Shown here piece by piece: positions 48,001 to 63,229 of a stretch of 64,000 nucleotides of DNA (within the stretch, counting starts at the first letter, position 1; the number at the start of each line of letters is the position of its first letter). The stretch covers positions 1 to 64,000 of the forward strand of contig CAJNYD010000529.1 of the NCBI GenBank assembly GCA_905331295.1, in the 5' to 3' direction. Source of the DNA: Rotaria socialis. Its lineage: Eukaryota. The notes under the pieces are model-generated. The model did not search any database and was not told the origin of the DNA. It was given only the letters and a program-made list of their open reading frames with translations. The translations under genes were made by a program, and so were the position numbers.

Positions 48001-51000
48001 GAAAGAAAAGCCTATTCTTAGATTAAAAAAAAATGAAAAATGACTTTTTGTGGGTATATGCAGCTTAGCAATTACAATTATTTTGTTTACGAAATAACCA
48101 AATTGATTATGCACTGTCGCAATAAACTATTGCGTGACAAGTAAAGCAGCATAATCTCCGAGACAACTAAACGGAGATTGATCCAATCAACTATTCGATT
48201 TAATCAGATAGGGAAAGACAACTTTGGCGGCTGATACGCCTTAGCAGATATTGTTATTTTTCTATTTACACAAATGATTTATGTATGAAAAATTATATCT
48301 ATCCTATAATGTTCAAAATATTTTCCTTTCAAATTGTTCTATCTAGTGGAACTATCATATAGAAATACACTAAATATTCATTAAACAGGAATAAAAACTC
48401 AAGTATAATTTTAAAACCACGAGTTAAAAGTAACTCTCCGTTAGTTTATAATCACTGATAACAAGGAACAATTGTTTATGGGCGTAATATCCCATCCTAT
48501 TTACGCTCTACTAATCATCCGTTATGGCAGCAATTCAGATCCGAATATGTTTTTTTGACTTTCAGTCAATATCAAACAGATCGATCAGAATTATTTTTGT
48601 TTTGCTAAATAGGTTGCAGTCAAGTAGAAGAGCATAATTTACGAATGAAAGGCCTCGAATGTCTTGTCTCAATATTACGATGTATGGCTGATTGGAGTAA
48701 AGATCTGTATGTCAATCCACATCTACAAAGCAATTTAGGTTTGTTTTTATTTTTCAGTTTTCAGTGGCATTTTCGAATCTTTTCTTAGGACCAGATACAA
48801 AACCAGTAAATGAAAATGGTCACGATCAAGATAGTAATCGATCATCGTCAGGTTATGTCGGTAGTGGAATTCGTCGTACGGATTCAAGTGCTTCAATAAA
48901 TTCCTCGCAATCAGCAGAACATGTTCATGATTTTGAATTAGTTCGTCAACGTAAAGAATTATTCGAAAAAGGCATCGATTTATTTAATCAAAGTGCTAAA
49001 AAAGGCTTAGAATTTCTCATTGATAAGAATCTTTTGAATAATGAACCGGAAGATATTGCGCAATTTTTTCATTCGTATCAAGATGTGTTAGATAAAACAG
49101 TGATTGGGGATTGTCTCGGTGAAGAGGATAAACGTCATAAGCAAATTATGTATGCGTATATTGATCAAATGGATTTCATACAAATGGATTTTTTAACGGC
49201 TTTAAGAAGATTTTTAGCAGGATTTCGATTACCTGGCGAAGCGCAAAAAATTGATAGATTAATGGAAAAATTTGCTGGAAGATTTTGTGAATGTAATTCA
49301 AAGTAAGGAGAAAGAAAAAGATTTTTTTGTTATTATTTCTTTCAAACTGAATAATATTAGGAGAATATGTTTTAAATCAAGGGTAGGTCTATTGAAACAT
49401 AGATAGAATGCATCGCTCTGTTTTAGCTAGATTAAACATGCATTACTTTCGAAGTAAAAGTAGTTTAGCGATTTACGATTGAAATAGAAAACCATAGTTG
49501 ATTACAGTGATTGTTTAAACAGGTGTATCTTAGAAAATTTCAAAGCGATGAAAGATTAGAGGCTAGAAATTTTTCTTTCAAAATGCTGCCTTCGAAAAAC
49601 TTTCTTCAAGAGTGTAATACATAATTTAATGTTTTAAAATAATAACTAAGCCTTTTAGTATAAAATGATTCGAAATTCTCTTCACATCGATAATGACAGA
49701 TGAGACAAATTTGAATTATCTAACTTTTCCGTATGATAATATTTTTTTAGTTTACAAATATTCGCCAGTGCTGATGCAGCCTATGTTCTGGCGTATTCCG
49801 TTATAATGCTGACAACAGATTTACATAGTATTAATGTAAGTAAATAGCTCAATGAATATAACAAAAAAACAATTCTCTAAAATACTTTAGGTGAAGAAAA
49901 AAATTACAAAAGAACAGTATATAAAAATGAATCGTGGCATTAATGACAGTCGTGATTTACCAGAAGAATTTCTATCGAAAATTTATGATGAAATTAAAAA
50001 CGAAGAAATCAAACTTAAAGTTACGTCAATGAAACGGGGAACAAAAGAAACTATTACAAATGATAAACAACGAGAATTATTATTTACTGTTCAAATGGGA
50101 AACGTCGAGTCCATAGCACGAGATTTAATGACTAGTGCAGGCTCCATGAGTGAAGAGTTTACTATAGCAAAAAATTTAGAACATGTTGGACCTATGTTTC
50201 AAGTGAATAGACTTACTAGTTTGTTCGTGAATTAAAGTTAATGAATTTTGTTTAGAAAGCCTGGTCACCATGTTTAGCGGCATTTAGTGTTAATCTTCAA
50301 GATAGTGATCATATAGATCTTACAAATCTATGTTTAATTGGTATTAGCTATGCTATTCGTATAGCTTGCATCTTTCATATGGAGGTTTGACTATTAGGAT
50401 AGATTTAAATTTGTATAAATAGATTTGTTCTCGTCTAAAAATTTAGCTTGAACGTAATGCATTTATTCAAGCATTATCACGTTTTACATTACTCATGGCA
50501 ACATCACAAGTCATAGAAATCAAAGCAAAAAATGTTGAATGCCTCAAAATACTAATATCAGTTGCACAAACCGATGGAAATTATCTTGGTGAAGCTTGGT
50601 ATGATGTAAGTATACGAAAATTTCAATCAGCTCGTTATAAATTTCGTTCTATTAGGTTTTAAAATGTATTAGTCAATTGGAATTAGCGCAATTATTTGGT
50701 GTTAATGTTAATAAAGGAAAAATGTCGGTTTCAAATCATCATCAACTGGGTATACCAACGCATATCGGTTCACCTTCAACATTCAGTTTACCATTTGATA
50801 ATATTTTCAATACTGACAAAGGTATGCTAAAGCTTAGAATCGTACAGTTTTTATCTATTTACTCTCTCACAAAACATATTGTAGAAAATATTCATGACTA
50901 TTTTTCCCGATATGAGGAGTCTAAGAAACGGCTAAATTCTTTAGGTTTGAAAGTATCAGCTTTTCGTAGGATTCGAATTTGAAAAATAAATGGAAAGATA

Positions 51001-54000
51001 ACGTTTCCTAGAATACATTTTCATTTGATATCATTATTGATTTGATAGTAAAATATTCTTTGAACCTATAAAGGAGTTTTTAATGTTCTGAAATCTTATA
51101 TCACTGCATATATCCATTTTGCATTGTATAGCTGTAATTAGGGGTGGGCCATTAACATTAATTTAATATTAATGTTAATGTTTCTCATTAACCATTAATA
51201 TTAATGTTTAATGTTTTCTGAGAAAAACTTAATTCATTAATATTAATGATTAATGAAAAGCATTAATATTAATTTTAAAATTAATGTTTCTCATTAATCA
51301 TTAATATTAGTGTCAATGTTTTCATTAAAATTAATGACTTAATATTAATGGTTAATGTTTTCATGAAAACATTAATATTAATGATTAATGAAAACATTAA
51401 TTTTAAAATTAATACTAATTTTTTTCATTAATCATTAAGATTAATGGCTAATAGAAGTCATTAATTAATGCCGTTAATTAAGTTCCGTTAAAAAAATGGT
51501 CCACCCCTAGCTGTAATTTAGAGCTTTATGCTCACGACCAAACATCGTATTATCTAGTTATCAATAGACTAAACTCACACAAGATATTCGCTTTAAGCTA
51601 ATTATTACTGGTATTTACCAGTCCATTTGAAGACTCACATTCAGATAGGGCGTATGAAGACTAAGACTCTCAGAATAAAAGATATCGTGTTAGTCGATAA
51701 GCATTTAAAATTTCTTTTAAACAGGCTCATCAAATAGACGACTACAAACCATTCATGGTCAAATTCATGAAACAAGCTCACAGAATATAGTTGTTTCTGT
51801 TGATCGTATTTTTGCTGGATCAGCACGGTTGGATGGCGATGCAATTGGTAAGGAAAATTTGTTTTGCTTTGTTTCAATATTCTCATTCTTTATTTGCTCA
51901 GTGGCATTCGTTCGTAGTCTATGTCATGTATCCATGGATGAATTATATTCAACTCCACCTCGAATGTTTAGTTTATTAAAAGTTGTTGAAATATCCTATT
52001 ATAATATGGGACGTATTCGACTTACATGGTCAAGAATATGGGAAATTGTTGGTGACCATTTTAATAAAGTTTGTTACATATTGTTGATCAACATTACTTT
52101 ACTCGATTTTTATTCATATAGGCTGCTTGTCATCCATTGCAAGACGTCTCATTTTTTGCAGTTGATTCTTTACGACAGTTATCGATGAAATTTCTTGAAA
52201 AAGGCGAATTTCCGAATTTTCGCTTTCAAAAAGAATTTCTTAAACCATTTGAATTGATCATGAAAAAAAATTCGTACGTGTTTATTTCATTTTATTGTAT
52301 TTTTTCGCATATAGTTACTCTTATTTTGAATAGATCACCAACTATGCGTGATATGGTTGTTCGTTGCATAACACATTTTGTTGATGCACAAGCAAAAAAT
52401 ATTCGGTCTGGTTGGAAAAATATATTTAGTGTTTTTCAAATGGCTGCTACAGATACAGATGTGCAAATTGTTGAATTAGCTTTTCAAACATGTACACTTA
52501 TTGTTGGTATGCTATTTAATTCGAATTTTCTATTTAACGAGCTTAGAAATTTTCCTTACAATTGCGAACGTTAGTTATCTATCTAAGAGATCCATAACAA
52601 CGGGAAAGACTTCGAAATAAGTATTCTCAAGATATGCAGTGATTTTCATAGGGCTCATTTATAAATCTGGGAAATAATCTCTGCCATTGAATTTTTACTC
52701 GCCGTGGAATATGAGACGAGGTAATATGATTATATTGGTCCTTATTAGGTAGCTATAATCTGCTTGAGATTGAGGATCATGTGAGTGTTCGACATTTACA
52801 TTTTATTTCGAAAAAGATTGTACTACCAAGCTTTTTTCGTGTTTTCTATTACAATAGATGTGGTTTTTGATCGTTATTTTGCATCAATATTGGACAGTTT
52901 TCAAGATGCTGTTAAATGTTTATCAGAATTTGCTTGCAATGTCTCGTTTACTGATACATCCATGGAAGCCATACGATTAATTAGGCAATGTGCGAAATAT
53001 GTGGCTGAAAAACCACAAGTAATATTTTTTTAAATTTAGCTTTCAAAAACTGAAACTTAACTTTTATAGATTTTTCGTGAACATGCTGGAGAAGATCTAA
53101 TCAATGTACCCGAAGAAGATCGTATTTGGGTTAAAGGATGGTTTCCTATTCTCTTTGAATTATCATGTATTATTAATCGGTGTAAACTTGATGTGAGAAC
53201 AAGGTAACGTTATTCTAAATAATTTAAGCTTGGGAATTTTTCAACTTAAAATTCTAAGGGAATTAACATTTCAATGTTTAAATAGTAATAAAAAGAAAAA
53301 AGAGTTTTGAATTCGATCAATGAGGAAAAAAATCTTGATTGCATATTGATTTTATTTTCCAGGGCATTAACCGTCATGTTTGAAATAATGAAAAGTTATG
53401 GTGAAAGTTTTACTCAGAATTGGTGGATTGATTTATTCAATGTTGTTTTTCGTATTTTCGATAATATGAAACTGCCTGATACACAAGTAGAGGTATATCC
53501 GAAATTTCTTCTTTTCTTCTTCGGATTATCATTGAATTTAATCTGCCAATAGAAAATTGAATGGATGACAACAACTTGTAATCATGCACTCTATGCTATT
53601 GTTGATGTATTCACACAGTACTACGATGTTATACCTGAATCGGTTGTTAAAGATTTATATGCTCAATTGAAATGGTGTATTAATCAAAGTAAAATATTTA
53701 TGTTGAAAAAACACAATTCATCTTATTGATATTTATAGATAATGAACAATTGGCAAGATCAGGAACGAATTGCCTAGAAAATTTTGTTATTGCTTGCGGT
53801 CAACATTTTACTCCGAAGATATGGGAAAAATTATGTACTTGTATATTAGGAGTGTTTCATTCAACGCTACCCCAAACGTAAGTTACTAAATCGAATCAGT
53901 TATTTCATGTTTGCTAATGATAGATCTAACCCAAGAGATTAAATTGATTGAAAATATTTATGTTCGTATAGCTTCAGACAGCGGTAAATAATTGCTGCAC

Positions 54001-56632
54001 TACTCATCAGGAATATGACTTCTTTTCAAGTTCGAATAGAAACGTCTATCCGACTTTTGACTGCCGTATTTTCAATGGAATTTACTGAAATTTTCTCCTT
54101 AAATTGAAAATTCTGATTGCAGCCCGATGGATCTTTCTACATATTATGTTACTAATTTAAAGTTTGTTCTAATTCTAGGCTTTTAACATGGCGACCTGAT
54201 TCTGAATCATCAGGAATGTTAACAATCAGCGAATCTGCTGTAAGCTATTGCCATTCGTAGAATAAAAGATTTCTAGTATTTCTTTTTCGTGCATATGTTA
54301 GATACTCGATCGTACCGATAGTTCATTTGATCAGTCAATAGTCGAGTCAGCTGCCAGTCAACATCATCGTATGACACGAGCAGGTAGTAGCAGTAGTGTA
54401 AATAGTGCTACATCAGATCAACAAGAACCACATTTTAATAATCGCCATAGCGAACGAACAAGTAAAAGCAATGAAATTCTCATAGTTTCTAATTCAAATT
54501 CTTTCTGTTTTCCATCATAGAAACGAATTCAGATCTTATGCAATTTCAAATTTTATCAATAAAATCTATTGTACAAATAGAACTAATTCAAACAGTTGAT
54601 AATATTATTTTTTATCCTTCTTCAAGTAAAAAAGAAGATTTACAATATATTTCTATAGCACATGTAAGTATATATACATTTTATAATTTATTAATAATTC
54701 ACATTCTCTTACTAACCTATTGCCCTTAGAATTCTGCTTCAGTTGAATCCGAGGTATTGATAAGAAATTTATCTATTTAAAAAAAACTGCATGCTGAATT
54801 TGTTTTGCTCTTATCTATTGGGGTTCTAATATTTATTTTTTTCTACTGGAATATTTTTCTTTTTAAGGCATTAGCAAGTACACCCGTTGGACAAGAAAAT
54901 TTATCTTATATTACATCGCTTGATGATTTACATAATGAACATGGGATGTACAAACATATGAGTTTTGATCAATTAATTTTGCTTGTTGATTGTTTACTCG
55001 AATCACATATGTTTGCACGAGCATTTAATTCTAATAATGAACAAAGAAATCTTTTATGGAAAGCTGGTAAAACGAAAAATGAATGGCAGAGAAAAAGAAA
55101 GCCTCTATTGTACTTTTGTTTTCATTTAAAGGATATCGAGGCAAAATCAAACCAAATTTATTAATACAAGAAACAAATAGTATTGCGTGTGCATTCCGTA
55201 TTCTTTTTCGTTTATACAGTGATACAAAATATATCGATTCAAATGATTTACTCAAAAAACGAATACTCAAGTTAGTATTGAAAATATTCTTTTTTGGTAG
55301 TTTCGATACAGTTGTAAGATAATATGATCGTGATAGTAGATATCGCTACAAGCAAACTGAGTATATCTTCTATTATTAGTAGATTTTAGCGACAATATTT
55401 ATCTTTTCCAATACGCTATGATTTATTTACCACCGTTAGAATAGAGATAGAGAGGGCATAAAGTAATAGAAACAAAAGTTCGATCATTTATGATTATGAA
55501 GAAAATCAACAATATGTTTTTGTAGAGGATTTTCTGTGTTTCGTGAAAATTTTTTATTGGTTCTTTGTGCTGTTGCACACATGTACTCAAGGGGCGTTAG
55601 TATATAACTGGATAAATGTTATCTATGCATTTTAATATTATAATAGAATCGCAATGATATAGACAAGGTATGTGTGATCGGTAGTAGAGAACGTCCGAGA
55701 TGTTTTCGAATACTCGATAAATCTAGATGAAATACTGGGTGCTGTTTGGAGGGCAGATCGTTTGTATTGGGATCGTCGCCCGAGAAATTCATTCAATTTT
55801 CTCCTTATATTAGTACAGAATTTCTAATAGTAGATATTCGGAGTCTCAAAATGATCATTTTGCAAATTGACTATGTTCTTATGTGAAGTTTGACCTCACA
55901 TAGTGTGACCGACAAATTTGTACCCGAAAGACACATTTCATTCATAGCCAATATCATAATGGATATTTACTTCTGTTTTTACGTTAATAAATTGATCCTT
56001 GAAGCCTCTTTTCTAGAAGAGCGAATTGGATATAAATTTTTAGTGCTAGTAAATCATGTGTAAAAGTATTTTTCTACTGTATTCCATTAAAAAATACAAC
56101 GTGCGCTCACAAACAATTGTTTACTCCAATAGAAAGGTTATATGTAGTTGCACGTAGTAGCTACACCACAAGACGACTGTGTTTACGCATAGAACGAAAA
56201 AAGAAATAGAAAGGGGACATCAATGCTTACCCCTTTAATGTCTAGAAAATATTTGGTCGATACGGTCATTGCTTTTTCTATGTAAAAAAGAAATTCTAAA
56301 TTTCTGCGTCAATTTGTTTAGATTAACTCGTGATAGTTTGGAATATTATTTAGCATTACAATCGGAAAATCATCGTGAAGCATGGACAAATGTTCTTATG
56401 CTTCTATTAACAAAATTATTAAAACTCGATGAAGAACAAGTATGTTTTTCACTCGATTTTCTTTTAAATTACATTAATTTTTCTTTTACAATAGTTTAAA
56501 TACTATTCGATTGAAATCTATCCACTTATCTCTGAAATAGTTGTATTTGATTTGAAACCTGAATTAAGGTATATATTACGAGAATTTTTACTTCGTATTG
56601 GTCGATCATTTTTACTAAAAACAGTGATTTAA
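45087..56632 (+). CDS. ARFGEF1/2: Brefeldin A-inhibited ARF guanine nucleotide exchange factor (BIG1/BIG2, Sec7 domain), multi-exon
   Basis: [24 protein letters not shown], Sec7 [18 protein letters not shown] and [55 protein letters not shown]; stop TAA at 56630-56632. Confidence 0.97.
46199..46455. repeat. ~129-bp duplication across a single N (likely assembly overlap)
   Basis: tggaggtaggctatcggac... repeats on both sides of the N at 46327. Confidence 0.8.
46526..46791. repeat. 134-bp tandem duplication in an ARFGEF intron
   Basis: ctactgcatata...tctccat at 46526 and 46660, about three substitutions, no N. Confidence 0.9.
51139..51509. mobile_element. hAT-type MITE (371 bp) in an ARFGEF intron
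   Basis: TIRs TAGGGGTGGGCCATT / AATGGTCCACCCCTA; perfect 8-bp TSD GCTGTAAT (51131-51138, 51510-51517); interior of CATTAATATTAATG-like palindromes. Confidence 0.92.
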
Positions 56633-56910
56633 TTAGATTCATATCATAATAAATATTCCTTTCTTTTTTTTGTTTCTTTTTCTTTTTTCGTTTACTTTTA
56701 TTTTACACATTCCGTACCATTTTTACTTGTCTCACTATTCAACCTTTTATTTATTATTTTACACAATGTGATTCCATTCGAAAATTATTTTTCTTTGTCG
56801 GACTTACTGTAAACTCAAAATAAAAATAAAAATAAAAACAAAAATAAGTGCCAATAAAAAAACAAGTATTCTTCTTTATGTGTTTTATTTTCTTGTTTTG
56901 AGATCGAACT

Positions 56911-59649
56911 ATGTTATCTCGAGCAACTCGTCCTTTGGTTCGGTCTGCATTCAGTCAGGTATAATCAAGTAAAAGAGAATAATTTTAATAATTGCTTTGT
57001 TTTTCTCGGTCTAGCTTTACTTACGTAGTCTATCGACAAGCAAATCAACAAAAAAATTTTATACTGATTTTAATGAAATTGTAGAAGATATTCCACATGG
57101 AGCAAAATTACTCGTAGGAGGTATTATTCTATTGATTTTGATATTTTTCCAAGATAGTATTTTCCTATTGGTTAAGGTTTTGGATTATGTGGTATTCCTG
57201 AAAGTTTAATTAAAGGTTTACTTAAAAATGGACAAAAAGATCTAATAATTGTATCAAATAACTGTGGTGTTGATGATTTTGGTCTTGGTTTACTATTAAA
57301 AACTAAACAGGTTAAATATTGACGAAAAGAAAATCATTTTTCTCCTAATATTATCGTTATCTTTATAAAGATTAAACGTATGATTTCTTCATACGTTGGT
57401 GAAAATGCAGAATTCGAACGACAATACTTAAGTATGTTTTTATTTTCATTGATATTTCTAATTCATGATTGGTTCACTCGTTTGTATGTAGACGGTGAGC
57501 TCGAGGTTGAACTTACGCCACAAGTATAACATTCGAATCTTAATTTTTTCTTCAAATAAATATTGAAATTCTATAGGGAACTCTAGCAGAAAAAATCCGA
57601 GCTGGTGGTGCTGGTATTCCAGCTTTTTTTACACCAACTGGTTTCGGTACACTAATTCAACAAGGTGGTGCACCAATAAAATATGATAAAAATACTAAAC
57701 GACCAATTATTGAAAGTCCAATGAAAGAGGTATGCAAAAACAAATACCTTCCTTTGATTGAATCTTTATCTTTTTCTGTAAATAGACTCGACTTTATAAT
57801 GGTCGACCATACGTTTTAGAAGATGCTATTGTTGGCGATTTCGCTCTTGTAAAAGCTTGGAAAGCAGATCGTCTTGGAAATCTCATCTTTCAGTAAGCCT
57901 TAGAACAAATTTATCTTTTTCTAATTTTCTTATTAAAAAATTATTTTAGAAAATCTGCTCGAAATTTCAATTCAACCATGTGCAAAGCCGCACGATGTAC
58001 AATTGCTGAAGTTGAAGAAATCGTTGAAGTTGGAGATTTGAAACCTGACGAAATTCATATACCAAATATATTTGTGCATCGTATTATTGTAGGCGATAAG
58101 CATGAAAAGCGTATTGAGGTAATTAAATATATATTCATCAGAACGAGAAGAAGAAAAACAAAGTAACTGATGATTTGATTGTTTACATAGCGTCGAACTG
58201 TACGTAAACGTAATCCAACAGCAACTACATCATCTGCAGCACCATCGAAAAAGAAGAAAGACGACACTTCTCGAGAACGTATTATTCGACGAGCAGCTTT
58301 AGAATTTACCGATGGAATGTATGCGAATTTAGGCATAGGTAAAGACAATAATAAGAAAATTAGATTTAAAATACAACTGTGTCTGTTCCTAATTAGGAAT
58401 ACCAATGTTGGCTTCAAATTATATTCCAGATGGTTTAACAGTACATCTGCAAAGTGAAAATGGAATTTTAGGTTTGGTAAGTTTGTTTGTTTGAATGAAC
58501 GATATCGAGAATACTGAAGCTTTTATAGCAGAAAACTTTTAAGATTTTAGAAAATCACGTATTAAAGCTATGGAAAGTTGTGAGTACTATTCGTGCGAAA
58601 TCGTTCCTATCTCGACACGTACTTTCTCAATATGTTCCTTCATTGAATCCGTCAGTAATGTAATCAGGAAATAATTGAAAGATCAATAATGTCTATCACA
58701 GTTTGTGCAAGAGACAAGTGTGTCTGAAGGTCTAACCTTATACACCAACGTTCTGCTTCAGTCTAAATAAATTGTGACAATATTTTATGTAGCCTTGTGC
58801 AGTTGTATTCTAGGCCACGTTGTGCTAAAAATTAAAACAAAATTGAGCGTAGCATAAAATATCTGTGTTTTAAGTAATTGCCAGTTCTAAGTAATCAATG
58901 GGATTTGTAAACAAATTTTCTCCTCTATTAATATGGAATGTTAAAAATAACGTGCTGCTAGGACCTTAAACATGTTGTTTTTTGACAAAAAAATACATAT
59001 TCTCTTCTATTTCTAGGGCCCATTTCCATATGAAGGTGAAGAAGATCCAGATCTAATCAATGCTGGCAAAGAAACTGTCACTGTTCTTCCTGGAGCATCC
59101 TTTTTCTCGAGCGATGATTCGTTTGCTATGATTCGTGGTGGCCATATTGATTTAACTATACTTGGTGCTATGCAAGTCTCACGTTATGGTGATGTGGCTA
59201 ATTGGATGATTCCAGGCAAATTAATTAAAGGTATGGGCGGTGCTATGGATTTAGTTGGTAGTGGTCGAACTAAAGTTGTTGTGACAATGGAACACAATGC
59301 CAAAGTAAAGAACACTTCTATCTCTCATGCTCTTATTATTTTCTGTTGGCATAGGATGGTTCATCGAAATTTTTTGAATCATGCACATTACCATTGACAG
59401 GCAAAGGAGTTGTCGATCTGATTATCACAGAAAAATGTGTCTTTGAAGTTGATCCAGAAAAAGGTTTGACACTGACGGAAATTGCTGATGGGTTTTCAGT
59501 AGAAGATATTGTGAAATGTACCGGTTGTGCCATTAATGTAAATATGAATAATGTTTAAATGATAATGTCAATAATTGCTTTTTGTTTTGTTTTAGATTTC
59601 TAACAGCCTGAAACCAATGCAACAAGTGCAAATTAATCGCCATAATTAA
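56911..59649 (+). CDS. OXCT1: Succinyl-CoA:3-ketoacid CoA transferase (SCOT), mitochondrial, multi-exon
   Basis: Arg/Ser-rich presequence [56 protein letters not shown], catalytic [21 protein letters not shown]. Confidence 0.97.
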
Positions 59650-62065
59650 TTGTTCTTGTTGAAATATGCCAGTGTAGGATGGGTAGTTGTGATTTTTTTC
59701 CATTATTTTGTACCAGACGAGTAGTTTTTGTCAGAAAATAAAAATAAAAATAAAATGGATAGAACCACCGGGCAATGGAACTATTTCTTGTGTCATGTGA
59801 TGAATCAAACGACAACAAATCCATATAAAAACAGGTAACAATTGAAAATTTTCATCAACAAAAACTCCGCTAAAGTTTCATCAAGCGAGAAAAAAGTGGA
59901 TTCCGATGTTTTACCGCCATATATTCAACCTTCCCTACCCCCACTTGTGTATTATTGTTTTGTGTAAAAAACTCTTGCAAATACAATTTTAGTTTCGATT
60001 TCAATCTCATTGTAAATTTTGAACTCTATCATGTAAAAATATGCCTAGCTAATTTAAATAGTGGATATAGTCATGTGCAGTTTTACTATAAAAAAATTTT
60101 CAAGCTGATCATGATCATGTATTGGATTAGTCTTATAGGCTTATATCCGTTACTATTTAATCTAAAACTAACATTTTGTATCACGAAAAATGAGTAAGAA
60201 TGAGAGTTAATCGAAGTGATGAGCTATGTTCTCTTATCTTTACCTTTAAATTATCTCTTGTTACAGCATTTGGTAATACTAATCGATTTATGGGATCGTT
60301 TATTTGTAAATTTATTTAAAAACACTATCAGCATATTAAAATTTATATCATTGAATTCAGATAACAGGCGAAATATAAACATTCTCTAGTAGAAGAACTC
60401 GCAATAGAGTCGTAGTCGAATAGAAATGAAATCCAGCCAGCGAACTTTATTTTCAACCAGTGTTTCCAAGAAATTCTTGCACAGTTTTATGTATACAAAA
60501 CTATCACAAAAGCTCACAACACTTGAGAAAAACTAATCAGGCTTGCATATTTAGCAATTAGCGAATCGGAAGAGATTCTTCAATGTTATTCACATCGCAA
60601 GCGAAATATTTTCTTTGTAAATAAATCGATTTATTTTATCAACATATCAGTATCGTATTATTGACTTATTTCCTTTTTTCTTTGTATACAAAACAAAGAA
60701 TACTTATTTTTGACTTCGACCACTTTTATCCCATCTCGGAAGTAAGCATTCTCTCTCCTAGTTGATAATCATGTTTCAATAGAAATAGATAGTTGCAAAC
60801 TGAAAAATATAAGCGAAAAGAAAAGGTTTTCGGTTGTTAATCAATAGTGGGGATATTAAAAAAACGCTTGCCAACCAATCCGTCATGTTTTTAGGAATCA
60901 AAGCGAAATTTAGAATATTTTATATCCATTAACTGCAAAACATGGAGATTTTTGTCACTGGGTTTCAACGTAAATGTTTTTTCCCTTCGTCATCATCATC
61001 AAATAGGAATATTACACTTCAATATTCGACCATTACACCGCTTGTGAATCGATGCATTTCTTTTTTTCTCCTACGAGAGAGAAAAGAAAAAAATCTTGTC
61101 ACCAATCACGCATGTCATTGTATGATTTTAATGTTTGTCTCATCTTGATCGAATGGGAATACGGACATGACAACGACAAGCATCTCTAGTTCTGCCATTT
61201 GTCGAACAGCTGTCGCGAATAGAAGAAAAAAGAAGACAAATTTGCTTTTTTGAAATTTGAGAACATTCAAGTCATGCCCCTTTTCAAAATAAATGTGTGA
61301 AAAGAGAGAATGTCGTCGTCGTATATACACACATACATATAAATATATATGTGTTCTCAGAAAATGATGCCATCATGAACCGCGCACATCGGCACTGACT
61401 CGATCATGATAGACAAGAACCTGTTCTTTATATATTTATGTATACGTATATATATATATGTGTATGTGTGTGTGTATACACATAGAACGCAGCTGTTTAC
61501 TGTCAATTATCTTCGTACATAGCCTGTGCACATAGATATCAAGGAAATCACTAGGGAGAAAAGAAGAAATATATAGAAATAGTAGCACATATAATCGTAG
61601 AGTAGATGCATCCACTTGTTCTTTTACTTCTTATGTCGATCAGAAAAATACAGAGTACAATGATTATCAACATACAAAAAAAAAAGAAAGAAAAAATTTC
61701 TTTTTCTTCTTTTTTTACGCTCTCTCAATACGGATTGGTTCACATTTGTCACTCATAGATTTCTGTCGCCTATCGTTCAACATTTATTCTTCATAATTTT
61801 CTCGTTAGGGAAAGAAAAAACTTTGACGTGTCAAACAAAAAATATATTATCGAACCGAGACAACAGAAGAAAACAGTTGAGTATGTGTGTTTTTGTTGTA
61901 ATACGATTAAAACTTGATCTGCCTTCTATTGGATACGATTATACCCACCCTAGTCAAGGATTAGTCTATACTATTTCAAGTTCGTTTTATTGAAAATTGC
62001 TTTTTTTGTCTGCGTTTGATTTGAAATCGTAAACCAGCGAGCAAGTTAAGATAGAGTGAGTAAGT

Positions 62066-62075
62066 GAGAGAGAAG

Positions 62076-62115
<40 letters not shown>
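62066..62115. repeat. (GA)n microsatellite upstream of Six1/2
   Basis: Direct reading; another (GA)n tract lies at ~63485-63507. Confidence 0.9.
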
Positions 62116-62241
62116 AAAGAGTTAATCATTTGTTCTTTCTCTTTATCATGCATCGCCTCTTCAATCAATCGATCGATTGATGTCTGTTACTATTAACAAA
62201 AAGAAACAAAATCTTCTTTTTTTCTCTCTAGTTCTTTTCTA

Positions 62242-63229
62242 ATGCTTGAAAGCAATCCGATACCAATAACAACGATTGGTGGTGGTTTCACTAACATCAA
62301 TACACCATCAACAAGCAATATAATAGGTAGCATTTTTACATCCGAACAAGTTGCCTGTGTATGCGAAGTACTTCAGCAAAGTAATGATATCCAACGGCTC
62401 GGTAAGACTTTTACAATATAAATATTTAACAAATATCTTAAATAAGAAGAAGAAAAACAACAACAACAACAACTCTACTTCTTTTTTTCTTCTTCTGCAG
62501 GTGATTTTTTATGGACATTACCAACATACGAACATTTTCATAATCATGAAAGCGTTGTAAAAGCTAAGGCAGTTGTTGCATTTCGTCGTGGAAACTATCG
62601 TGAACTCTACAATATACTTGAACGCTATCAATTCGCACCATGTAGTCATCCGCAGTTGCAACAATTATGGTTACAAGCGCATTACAATGAAGCTGAAAAA
62701 CTACGTGGTAGACCGCTCGGTGCTGTTGGAAAATATCGTGTTCGACGAAAATTTCCTTTGCCACGAACAATATGGGATGGTGAAGAAACAAGTTATTGTT
62801 TTAAAGAAAAGTCACGTAATATTTTACGCGACTGGTATTTACATAATCCATATCCATCTCCAAGAGAAAAACGTGAATTAGCTGAAGCAACTACTCTAAC
62901 AACAACACAAGTATCAAATTGGTTTAAAAATCGACGACAACGAGACCGAGCATCGGAAACAAATGATAGGTTGGTTGTTATTATGAGTGAATTTAAAATT
63001 AATAAAAATTTCCTTCGGTTTTTGTAGAAAAACAATCGATATGAGCCCTTCACATAATGATGATAATTCATTAGATGATCTTGGATCAACAGGCAGTGAA
63101 CCAACGACGAAAGGTTTTCAAGTTGATTACAACAATCAACAGTATCATTATCACCATCATCATATGAAACCAACAACAACAGATATTATTGATTCTGGAG
63201 GAATGTTTAAAGATTATCATTCACTTTAA
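62242..63229 (+). CDS. SIX1/2: SIX homeobox protein, Six1/2 (sine oculis) class, 3 exons
   Basis: Six domain [12 protein letters not shown]...[26 protein letters not shown], class-diagnostic ETSY, homeodomain [10 protein letters not shown]; introns 62402-62500 and 62970-63027. Confidence 0.95.

Noticed and set aside
59700..62200. Short ORFs upstream of Six1/2
   Set aside because: Low-complexity, microsatellite-rich non-coding sequence; probably regulatory, but no specific site can be supported.
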